Shown here: positions 1-11,487 of the stretch, piece by piece | Numbering within the stretch: the stretch's first letter is position 1 | Layout of the letters: every line of letters starts with the position of its first letter | DNA from: Octopus vulgaris | Taxonomy: Eukaryota | Direction: 5' to 3' | Assembly: GCA_951406725.2 (NCBI GenBank) | Contig: OX597830.1 | Location: 62,992,001 to 63,056,000, forward strand | Length of the DNA: 64,000 nt | Program-made: the position numbers and the translations under genes | Notes under the pieces: generated by a model | What the model saw: the letters and a program-made list of their open reading frames with translations, nothing else | Told to the model about the DNA's origin: nothing | Databases searched by the model: none

Positions 1-243
1 ATTAAAATAATCTGATTTTTTATCTTCATCACGACTGCTATCATTGACATTTTGTCTTTGCTGTTATTTCATTTGTTGGACTTGGGTGGAAGGGGAAGTG
101 GCCCATAATTAACCCTGTTTCACTATTCTCACCTCACTAATGATACTCCTTTTTCTTTTTATTTGTCTCTCCCCCCACACCGTTTAAAAATCAGCTGATG
201 AACAGTGTGTGTATGTCTGTGTATTTGTCTATGTATACATCTA

Positions 244-276
<33 letters not shown>

Positions 277-464
277 GTGCTTACATGTGCGTGTGTGTGT
301 GTATAAGATGGTTTAGGAAGGCAGTTTAGGCAAGATGGTTTAGGAGGACCGTATAGGCTAGACATATAGGCAACATGGTTTAGAAAAGGGATATATATAA
401 AGATAGTATAAGCAAGATGGTTTAGGAGGGCAGTGTAAGCAAGACAGCAGTGTAAGCAAGACTG

Positions 465-672
465 TATTCAGATTACTCTGTCAAATGCAGTGCTTATTTA
501 TTCAAATTGCTTTGAATTGACCATGCATTATCTCATAGCTTTGAAGTTAAGATGATGTGTGATTGTTTATTTTTGAATCACATTGCAGGATAGGTGTGAG
601 AGGCTGGGTCTGGCCAGTTTGAACTGAAAAATATCTGGGCTGGCTATGGCTGGTTTGAATGCTAAAGGGTTA
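465..672. mobile_element. TTAA-flanked (piggyBac-like) MITE, family B, left end degraded
   Basis: Ends in gaatgctaaagggTTAA; related copies at about 54162-54378 and 26075-27720 (the latter interrupted by an RTE LINE). Confidence 0.6.
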
Positions 673-1071
673 AAAGGAAACTGGCTCTTCCCTCTTACTT
701 GTACTAATTTTTAATTAACTTTGGAAAAAATGAAAAAACACTAAGCCAGCTCTCTTGCATTTACCCAGAGGGATTTTAACTCAAGCAGGCTTGTAAAAGG
801 ATGGAACTGAATACCACTAGGCATTCTTCCTGGTATTCTACCAATCCATCTGAAAATGCCACTCGGCATTTTCTCTGATGATCTACCGATTCTGCTAATC
901 CAAGTGATATTTCACCAATTCTAACAATTTCAGCTGATAATAATAATTGGTTCCTTTTGCAAGGCGACCATCTCGTTTCATTTAATTAATTTCGCAGACA
1001 AGATATATTTCTTTGTGATATTTATAGATTCTATATTTATTCCAGCCCAATATGGTGGCAGCAATTTTTTT

Positions 1072-1131
<60 letters not shown>

Positions 1132-1802
1132 AGAGAGAGACATTCTAACAAAGTCTGATTTTCACATGAGAGAATTTGATTGATTACAGTATTTATCTAT
1201 CTATACACAATTTTACAAACTCTGAGCTATATATATAAAATTTCATTTTCTTTATATGCCATCTTTTTCATCATTGTGTGTGTGTGGAACCTGAATGTTA
1301 AATGATGATGTTGTTATATCTGTGTATGTGTGTAAAACAATAAAATGAATGACAGCTGACACAATTAAACTTGGAGTTATTTGGGTAAATTTTCTAGGTT
1401 TTGATTTTTTTTTAAGGAGCAACACAAATTATGTTTAGAACGTTGCTTTTTATAGAAATACCTATGGCCATTGAAACTGGTTCAAAGATATTGTAACATC
1501 TTAAGTTATATCAAAATTCTTCAGGTTTAGAAAACCCAGGTATAAAAAGAGTAAGACTGTTGTGTAGGTTTAGGAAATTGTAAAATATAATCCAAACAAG
1601 AAGATAACAAAATTACTTTAACACATCTTCAATAATCAGTTACAAATGTTTCTGTACCAATTCTGCTTTCAGTGCCAGTTCATGCTAAAAATACCAAGTG
1701 AATATTTAGGCTTTAAACATTAGAGTGGCACTTCTTCAGACCTGCATCTTGGCGAAATGATTATTTCAATAGGAAGATAACATCTGAATGATATTTACAC
1801 TA

Positions 1803-2210
1803 GGCTGTGTGGTAAGTAGCTTGCTTACGAACCACATGGTTCCGAGTTCAAGTCCCACTGCGTGGCACCTTGCGCAAGTGCCTTCTACTATAGCCTCAGG
1901 CCGACCAAAGCCTTGTGAGTGGATTTGGTAGACGGAAACTGAAAGAAGCCTGTTGTATATGTGTGCATATATATATGTATGTATGTGTGTGTATATGTTT
2001 GTGTGTCTGTGTTTGTCCCCCCAACATCGCTTGACAACCGATGCTGGTGTGTTAACATCCTCGTAACTTAGCGATTTGGCACAAGAGACTAATAGAATAA
2101 GTACTAGGTTTACAAAGAATAAGTCCTGGGGTCGATTTGCTTGACTAAAAGGTGGTGCTCCAGCATGGCCACAGTCAAATGACTGAAACAAGTAGAAGAC
2201 TAAAGAGTAA
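1803..2210 (+). mobile_element. tRNA-derived SINE, family 1
   Basis: Pol III A-box-like (ggctgtgtggtaag) and B-box-like (gagttcaagtcc) motifs, internal (TA/TG)n, tail cagcatggccacagtcaaatgactgaaacaagta; many near-identical copies in the window. Confidence 0.9.
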
Positions 2211-2295
2211 ATACAACTGTATTGCAGTTGCTACAGCAATTCCACAGTCAAATGAGTGAAGCAATTAAAAGATATGCAGTAAGATAACATACAAG

Positions 2296-2335
<40 letters not shown>

Positions 2336-2364
2336 GTAGTGCTGAAAAGTTCATGGGTTTTGAT

Positions 2365-4150
2365 AATGCATCATACAACCATTCCATTGGTTCCTCCAAC
2401 TTCTTTGGTTTGCTTTCCATGAATGTTTTTCAGTTGGTTCTGGTGTCTCTTTCGTATACCTTTTCTACTTTTTACCCAATACATCATTTTTACCTCTGCA
2501 TTTGGTAGTCATGCCATTTTCCCAACTCTGCTTTCCGTTCTTGTATGCTCTCATATACACCTTTTCACCAGTTTTGAAGAATCTTGTTATGTCTTCCATG
2601 GCATTTTTCTTTTCTTGCCAGGTAGCAATTTATCAAAGACTGATTTAAGTTTTCTGGCAAACATCAGCTTTGCTGGTGAGCTACCTGCTGGTGTATTTGG
2701 ATTTGGTGTCACACGGTACACTCTTAAAAATTGTTGTAGAGCTACCTCATCTGTGACTTCCTTATTTGATTTTCTAAGAGCTCTCTTGAAGGTATCAACA
2801 GAGCATTCTGCCTCTCCATTAGATCTGGGATGGTATGGTGCCGTTGTTTTATGTTCCACCATGAACGTTTCACAAAACTTTTAGAATTTGCTAGACATAA
2901 ATTGTGTTCCAGTGTCCCACCATCTTGTCTGGGATGCCAAATCTTGCAAACAATTCATGCAAAAAATTTATCACAGTTGAGTAGGTTAGTTTTTTTACTT
3001 ACAAATTTCTTGTCATTTCAAGAAACTATCTTCCACCACTAAGTAGTAAGAACCGTTTAACCCTTTCCAAAACCGGCTCTGGCTCTGTAGTACAAATGTC
3101 TTGTTTGCATAAGTTTTGCATCAAAATATACCACCAAACCTTAATTGCAATTTATGTTCCTGACACTAGCTGAATGATAACTAAGTTATTTTACTAAATT
3201 CTTGGTTATATTTAAAATAATTGAAAGAAACACAAAGCATCTCAAAATAAATACAGTAACGAAAGAGTTAAAGGACCAGCAACATCGATGTGTAATCTTG
3301 ACCACGGAGCATCTACATTTGAACAATGTATCATGATCAATTTTTCATTTTGTATGGCTTACAAATAGGTGTTCTCTATTTTACTGTAATTTTTTTGTTT
3401 CAGTCTCTCAACCTCATCTAAACCTTTGACTGGCCCAACTATATTTCCACACAAAACACTTATGGCTGTATCTCACAATTTGAATAGTTCCATCCACTCT
3501 GTGTTGAATAGATTAAGTGAATCTTTTAATACATATAGCTTTGCCTTTTTCGTTTGACCTTCAAATGTTACACTACATACAAACTCACGGAAAAAATTAT
3601 CTTTTTCTCGTAACACCATGTGTTACCCTTAAATTTCCTCACCGTTATTTTACCAATTTCTTCTGATGGCATACTACTTATTCTTTTTCCTTTGTTCTGA
3701 TGTTTCATCATCTTCGTTCTACAGTGCGTCTTTATATATGTCTGATATTACCTCAACAAAAACACTCTACTTTTTTAAATGGGCAACTTTTCCTCAGGCC
3801 TCCACATGCAAAACATGGGTTTATTTCCTGATTTTTGTTGTGTTTTTTAGAGAGCACATTATCTCTATTCTGACTATTTTGCACTTGCTTTACGTGGAAA
3901 CAATCTTTATGTTCAATTTCCTCTGTGTCATGTCTTAATTTGTGTAAAATTTAATAAACAGAGGATGTACAATCATGCAATCATTCTGGGTGACAAGTTT
4001 GTCTGACTATTGTACTGTCGGAGCATGAAACTTCTAATAGTTCACATTTCACTGTGGTTTTTATATAACTTTTACTGGCTGGAATGCTTTTTTTGTTGAT
4101 CCCACAAATAATAAAACAGTACACTGTGTGTGTGTGTGTCATTGCTATTA
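2365..4150 (-). mobile_element. Degenerate Ty3/Gypsy LTR-retrotransposon gag-pol remnant
   Basis: Minus-strand translations give integrase motifs PWSRLHIDVAGPLNGSYYLVV and HKTTAPYHPRSNGEAECSVDTFKRAL, a protease-region segment (VTFEGQTKKAKLYVLK) and a Cys-knuckle-like CFACGG; multiple stops, frameshifts and deletions. Confidence 0.85.
3061..3267. mobile_element. piggyBac-like MITE, family A, inserted in Gypsy integrase
   Basis: TTAA at 3057-3060 and 3268-3271; begins CCCTTT; removing it restores the integrase frame AGPLNG; same family as the 47.3-48.9 kb array, in opposite orientation. Confidence 0.9.
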
Positions 4151-4703
4151 TGTTAAACTGTCGTATGTCCAAATGCATTTTTTTCAATATTTATGTTTGC
4201 TTGCTATAACCAGTTCTTTTGGTCAAACTATCGTATCTCCAGCTGCTTCAGATGCCAAGATATCAAAAAAATTGTCAAAGTGTTGTATAACGGTTTTGCT
4301 ATGGAATGGTAAAACTATTTTATCGTTTTCTGAAAAAGAGCAACGTTTTGGACTTACGACACTTTTGCATAATTTCTATCATAGTTTTCTTTTTTTTTTT
4401 CATTGACGATCTTTCATATTCCTTTGACACCCAGCCCCACCCCCACCCCTGGACATCTCTTCGTCCATTCACAAACACATAAATACAAAAACCACTCATC
4501 TTGATTTTCCTTTTCTCTTTCTCTCTCTCTCATTTTGTTATAGTTTGTGTGAAAAAAACAATGGTGTATATTTTGTCTGTTTTCAGTAAAAAGGAACCAT
4601 GTTTCCATACATATAATTAATTATACTTACATACACACATATATACATATATATATATATATGTATATACATATATATGTGTCTATCTATATATATATAT
4701 ATA

Positions 4704-4741
<38 letters not shown>

Positions 4742-5788
4742 AATATATGTGTGTGTATGTGTCTGTATATATATGTGTGTGTGTGTGTGTGTGTATGTTT
4801 TTGTATCTGTTTTATTTTTGTATTTTTAAAAATAATTTAACAATATTACATGTTATAATAATGTAAGTACTTCCATGTTTTGCAATCTTCCTGCTTATGT
4901 AGTAGGAGTGTTAACTGACTGTTCTTCTTCACAATTGACATCTGTAGTGAAACAACTAAATTTATTCTTTAAATACCTTCTAACAAACTTCAGCAGGCAG
5001 TGATGCCTAAGCTGCATGCCGATTGGTTGAAATCCTTCTAAGGATAAGACTCTGTCAATGTTAAGGGTTGGCATGATCACCAAACTGTGATGTCTTAATA
5101 GTTCATAAGATTCAGCCCCCTGGAGTCTATTGGAAGGTATTTAAATGATAATCCAATCATTTTGTTATTGTTATTAACTGTTGATTAATGCCGCTACTAT
5201 ATAAACCTGAAGATTAGAGATGGCATGAAAGTACTTGTATTTTCATAATATGTAGTATTGTAAAATTGTAAAAAACAAGAATATAACATGAAATTCAGAC
5301 TTTGAATTTCATTCACCAATATATTTACCTGTACACAGTCACACAAACTCTGACATAAAGAAACATATGTATCTATCCTAATCTCTGGTCTTCTTATAAA
5401 CACCCTTTTCAACACACTAACCTATATATTTACTATAAATTTATACACAAAACAAACAAATAAATCAATGACAAAAAATATTTTTAAAAAAAACTAACTC
5501 TTTACTAAAAAATTCCAAAAACAAAAATGCACATATATGTATACACACATACATATATATATATACACATAGATATGTATACATGTGTGTCAATCGTATG
5601 ATATATATTAAAGAAACTTCTGCTCTGTTCTATTTTCTTTCACACAGACATTGTTGTTATGGCTCTGTTTGATTTTTAATGCTTTATTGAGCACTTTCAG
5701 TGACAAATATATATCTCACTTTTAGATGAATTGAGTTGCACTTCTGAAGCTTAACAAATTCAAAAGTGAAACATATGAATGTGTTCGC

Positions 5789-5820
<32 letters not shown>

Positions 5821-6072
5821 ATATATATATGCATGTGTGTGTATATATATGTATATATGTGCACACACATGCACACACATATATATATATATATACACAC
5901 ACATGCATACACACAAACACATATATGTATATATATGTACATATTTATATGAAAAGAAGCAAAAAAAAAATGACTTAAGTAAAAAAAAAATATATTGCAA
6001 ATATGATGGTGAAAGTGCGAAGACATGTTCTCTGCACTGTTGGTTTTAGCGACGTAGTTTTATATTTTCCAG

Positions 6073-6136
6073 TTTTACCGAAAGATTGGTGAAGATCAGG
6101 AACAGACACACCAATGTTGTGGAAACAATGGCCCAG
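6073..6136 (+). CDS. PDK: PDK internal exon (FTERLVKIRNRHTNVVETMAQ)
   Basis: ttttccAG acceptor, GTtagc donor; RNRHxxVVxTMAQ motif of PDKs; 1 nt plus 21 codons. Confidence 0.93.
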
Positions 6137-6391
6137 GTTAGCCTTAGCTGCAGACTATTTTACTAATATTTCTTAAATCTCAGATAGATTTTTGTTTTCT
6201 CTGATGTATATATGTATATATATAAGTATATATGTATATATTAATTTGTCAGTACATCTAAATTATTGTTTCCATCTTCACTTCTTCCTTATTCCCTGTA
6301 TATTACCTGTTTCTCTGTCCCTGCCCTTATTAAATGCTACATCCCTTCTTGCTATTCTCCATCCTACCCCAGCTTCATCCCTATTCCAGAA

Positions 6392-6445
<54 letters not shown>

Positions 6446-6945
6446 TATATATCACAGATTTATTTTGCTAGGGTATGATTCAATATAACCTGATGAAATG
6501 GTGTGGTTACATGATAATATAAAATTATGTAATACATGCATTATTCAATAAATCATCATTCTATGGTAACATGTAACCAAAACTTGAGCAGTCCATTCTT
6601 ATTCCTTTACTATACATGTATATATATAAATTTATACATACATATATATATAATATCTCACAATAAGTACACAACCAATGGTTGATATTTTGAATGTATT
6701 TAATGTACATGTTTCTTGTATCTACCCTTGCATAATACTACCTGAAGAAGATAGTACTATGTAAATGTTATCAGGCATAAATATTGGAAACATGCATATT
6801 AAATGCATGAATTTAAATATCAGTCATTAGTTTTATATTTATTCTGATTTTATGCGATTCTTTCCCCTAATAATTATCTTTTGCCTCTGTATCCAGTTAA
6901 GTTTGTACTCCTACATCCTTCTGTCCACATCCAAGCAAAAACAGG

Positions 6946-6983
<38 letters not shown>

Positions 6984-7018
6984 CCTGTTAATGCAGATGT
7001 GCATGTATGTGTGTGTGA

Positions 7019-7070
<52 letters not shown>

Positions 7071-8484
7071 TTATATAAAATTTAGATTCAGATGAATATG
7101 GTACTTAAGTTGAGGCACCAGAATTTAGTATGGTATTATCCATACAATTTAAAATAAGGTGATTATAATCAAAATAAGCAACAAGGATATCCAGAGGTAA
7201 TGCAGTACACACACACATACACATATTTCGCTTAGGCCATGGTAATATTAATAATCTGGTGTTAGGTTCAATATACATATGCTTCTAATAACAAAAACAG
7301 CTGTAAACTAATGAAATTCATGACATTAGAAACTTTTATTCTTTTGTCATTCTGATATTTACATATGTATATATATTATATTAAATTAGCGACAAAACCA
7401 CTAATAGGCAAATCAAACAGTGAAAATCATAAACCAATACATACAAATAAAATTAAGTAATAAAAAATATATAAAATATAAAATTCATACTTATAAATTT
7501 TTAAATATATATATATTATTATTATTATTATTATTTTATTTATTTTATTTTATTTATTTATTTTTTAAATATAACTATCAAAAAGTATTAAAAGTTTAAT
7601 ATAAGATAAAGAGTAAAACCACTACGATCGTTTCATGCCCATTAACCAATTCGAATAACAATAATTCGAATTATGGTTATAGTCAATCTTTAGGTTAATT
7701 ATAATATTTAAATAAATAATCAGAAATATTTAAACAATATTTTTTAAAGAAATAAATAAAATAATAATTTTTCTTATAAAAAACTCTATTATCAAACTAG
7801 AAACTTAACGATTATGATTATGTCATACAATCGATTATAACGTTAAATATTAATTTTTAATTTTTAAGTATTAATTTTTAAGGTAAGAAACCCACAAATA
7901 ATCTAATATCAGTTATAGTCAATATCTAATTACATAAATATTTTACAAAAAAAATGACTATTCATATTATTAAATATATAATATTTGAATAATATATAAA
8001 TTATCAATGAAAATATATAAATGTATATAAATATTAGAATTAAGATCTTAAATTATCTCTATAAAAATATATATGCACGTATAATAAAGACCTAATAAAT
8101 TAATTATTCATTATTACTAATAAAAATATAAAAAAATTAAAGATGAAATAGCTAATTGCAAAAAAACAAACAAACAATCTTAAACGAACGCTATAGCAAA
8201 TTAACTATATATCTCGTTGGCTAACTAATAACTTTCAAAAATCGTATAGTTAAAATAAAATAATATAAAATACTTAATGAAATAATCAATTCATAGTTAT
8301 ATAGCATCAAATAAATACTGCAAATATATTTATCAATGGGAAGAATATTACTAACAATTATTGATTTAAAAAGACAATATATAAGTTATAATAATAATTA
8401 TAAGAAATTTAAAATAACTATCAACAAATATATTTATTTAATACTAAAATTAATGCTATCAATACATGTATATGTATTCATATA

Positions 8485-10451
8485 CAATCAAAGAGCTGCG
8501 GAGGAACAGTGGGTAATCAAAAACATCAAACAGAACCCAAAAGTGTTCTATTCCTATGCAAATAAGCATAGAACCACTGTCTCACCCATTGGGCCATTGA
8601 TTGATGCTAACGGCATTCCCCAACACGATGCTAAAGAAATGGCAGAAATACTGCAGAAACAATACTGCTCTGTCTTTAGTGTTCCCACTGATATTGACGT
8701 AAGAGAAGCAAACGAAGTTGACTCCCAACACAAAATTGCAGACATAACCTTCACTCCCACTGACATCGTAGCAGCAATAAATGAGGTCAAATACTACTCT
8801 GCTGTAGGCCCTGATAGATTCCCCGCTAGTCTCCTGAAGGAATGTAAACACCAACTTGCAGTCCCTCGGACCAACCTCTGGAGAAATTCGTTAGATGCAG
8901 GTTATATACCAAAACAGTTTCTATCCCAGTCAGTCATCCCGGTTTTCAAACAGGGAAACAGATCCCTTGCACTCAACTATCGCCCAATCTCACTCACCTC
9001 CCACATCATCAAAGTGTTTGAAAGAGTGTTAAGATCAAGGATGGCTGACTTCCTGGAGACCCAGAAACTCCTAAATGCAAATCAGCATGGCTTTCGCTGT
9101 GGCAGGGACTGTCTAACACAGCTCTTGAAGATGTACTCAAAGCCTTGGGAACAGGTTCGAACTCTGATGTCATATATCTTGACTTCAGTAAAGCGTTCGA
9201 CAGGGTAGACCATAATATCCTACTCTCAAAATTGGCAAATGTTGGAATCCGTGGAAAAGTTCTACACTGGATCAAGTATTTCCTGGCGAATAGAACACAA
9301 CATGTTGTAGTTGATGGAGTCCACTCAAGCCCAGCAAAAGTCACCAGCGGTGTCCCCCAGGGGACTGTCTTGGGTCCGCTACTCTTCATAATCTACATAA
9401 ACGACCTTTCCAGTGTCGTACATTACTGCAAAGTGAAAATATTTGCTGATGGCACCAAGCTCCAGCAAATCGTCAATGAAGAAGCAGACCGAACTCAACT
9501 CCAGTCTGATCTATATGCTGTGAGTCAATGGGCAGACAGAAACAAAATGCAACTGAATGAGGGAAAATTTGAGCTGATGCATTTTGGAAGAAACTCCTCA
9601 CTAAAACAGCCATACTCTCTTCCTTCAGGGGAACCGCTCACAGCCTCTAACAATATCAGAGACCTGGGTGTAATTGTTGATGACGATCTCAGTTGGAGTG
9701 CACACATCAACAAGAAGGTCGATATAGCTCGTAGGATGAGTTCCTGGATCTTAAGAACTTTCCGGTCCAGAGAACAAGGTGTAATCATACCACTTTTTTC
9801 CTCCTTTGTACGGCCACACCTTGAATACTGCTGCCCACTGTGGTCTCCTCACACAAGACAAAACATCTCCAGAATTGAGTCACCCCAGAGGGCACTCACT
9901 AAACGAATTGAAGGCATGGCTGCTCTCGATTATTGGGATCGCCTTAAAGCCTTGAAACTTTACTCCCTCCAGCGTCGCCGTGAGCGGTACATCATTTGTA
10001 TGATGTGGAAAATATACCGCCAACTATGCCCAAACGACCTAAACATTAGCTTCAAGGTTCATCCAAGACTTGGACCACGGGCTATACGTCCCCTGCCCAA
10101 TTCAAGATCACAACATACATGTACACTGCAACATAATTTCTTTTCCTCAACAGGCCCTGCCCTATTTAACATTGTCCCAGAGAGATCAAAGAGGAAAAAG
10201 GATCCCATCAACTTTAAACAGAGTCTGGATAGATTCCTTCAAAGAATACCAGATAAGCCACCCATAATTGGATACAACTCACCCAACAAGAACTCACTAC
10301 TTGAACAAAACTGGATACAACTCACCCAACAAGAACTCACTACTTGAACAAAACTTGACTTAAACAGGATTCGAATAATCCTATCAGGTGGTGCTATTAA
10401 GTTAGACATGACCTGGACCAATCTTTGGTCGAAACATATCTAAGTCTAAGT
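8485..10451 (+). mobile_element. 5'-truncated CR1/L2-group LINE, reverse transcriptase region, inactivated
   Basis: ORFs 8336..9208 and 9145..10347 carry NYRPISLTS, QHGFR, YLDFSKAFDRV and SGVPQGTVLGPLLF; catalytic FADD reads FADG; frameshift near 9130; ends with a stem-loop and a (ctaagt) tail. The first ~50 codons of ORF 8336 are AT-rich flank. Confidence 0.95.
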
Positions 10452-11233
10452 TTATATACATGAAACCTAACTTTAAACAACTCATATAATTGTTAACGAA
10501 CAATATATCTCATTGGCTAAGTAAAGTCTTACGAATAAACGTGAAGTCTAATAATTATATAGAAAAAATTGCGATAATTAGATCATTACATAAACATCAA
10601 TATTTACATAAAAAAACAATAATATTATACCATAAGACTTATAAAATATTTAAATTAAAAAATTTTTAAATCTTAAGTATATATATATACTTAGCTTGGC
10701 GAGGTTTTGTGATGTGTATATTTATATATATATAAATATACACATATTTTATTGTGTCTGGGGAGAGTCATCCTCTTTGAGTGCTTTATTACTTAACACA
10801 TTCACCGGTTGACTTTTGCAAGGTGCAATGAAAATTTGAGAAAAAATGAGTAAATAAATGAGTGGAAATCGAACCAGTGAGTGTGTTAAATAATAAAGCA
10901 CTAAGAGAGAATGACTTTCCCTGGACACAATAAAACATGCTTCAACACACAAGTTCGCATAAAGAATCTTGCAAACCAATACTAAAACAATATATATATA
11001 TAATAAGGGTACTAAGAAGCACCAACTTTGCTAAAAATAGGAGTCATAAAAAACTCTGAAGCCGCAGGAGTTTTCTATGACTCCTATTTTTAGCAAACTT
11101 GGTGCTTCTTAGTACCCTAATTATATCTATTTTTTATATATATTTATTAATTTACCTATAAGTTTTTTATGCTTGCAGCCACTGATATTATTATTTCTTA
11201 TGAATAATAATGTTCTTTATTTATTTATATATA

Positions 11234-11487
11234 TTGTGTTGGTGCATCATTTTTGTGGCTTTTTTTCAACAAATTTTATTCAACAAAAACAATAACAATA
11301 TTTAACAAAAACATCTTTAAATGATGGTCTGGCCGTCTGCCAAGCAAATGGGAAGCAGTAATTGAAGTAGATGGTGAACATACTCCAGAATAATCATTTA
11401 AAGATGTCTTTGTTACATATTGTTATTGTTTTTGTTGAATAAAATTTGTTGAAAAAAAAAGCCACAATAATTATGCACCAACCCAAT
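11234..11487. mobile_element. Tc1/mariner-type MITE with ~90-bp terminal inverted repeats
   Basis: ttgtgttggtgcat...atgcaccaacccaa, TA-flanked, long inverted arms. Confidence 0.8.

Noticed and set aside
1-6072. Upstream PDK exon (WYxQS... region) or start codon
   Set aside because: No matching exon found by eye; the missing N-terminal part probably lies before the window.
6024-6131. Editing-complementary duplex between intron 6024-6044 and exon 6110-6130
   Set aside because: Only about 19 imperfect pairs with several G-U; expected by chance without editing data.
7380-8480. Possible mitochondrial insertion (NUMT) or control region
   Set aside because: Extremely AT-rich, but no recognisable mitochondrial gene, tRNA or rRNA; more likely decayed repeat sequence.
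8336-10347. Active reverse transcriptase or domesticated gene
   Set aside because: 5'-truncated, frameshifted, catalytic DD mutated to DG.
10400-10445. Hammerhead at the LINE 3' end (stem followed by GAAAC)
   Set aside because: No CUGANGA-like core; better explained as the LINE 3' recognition stem-loop shared with SINEs.
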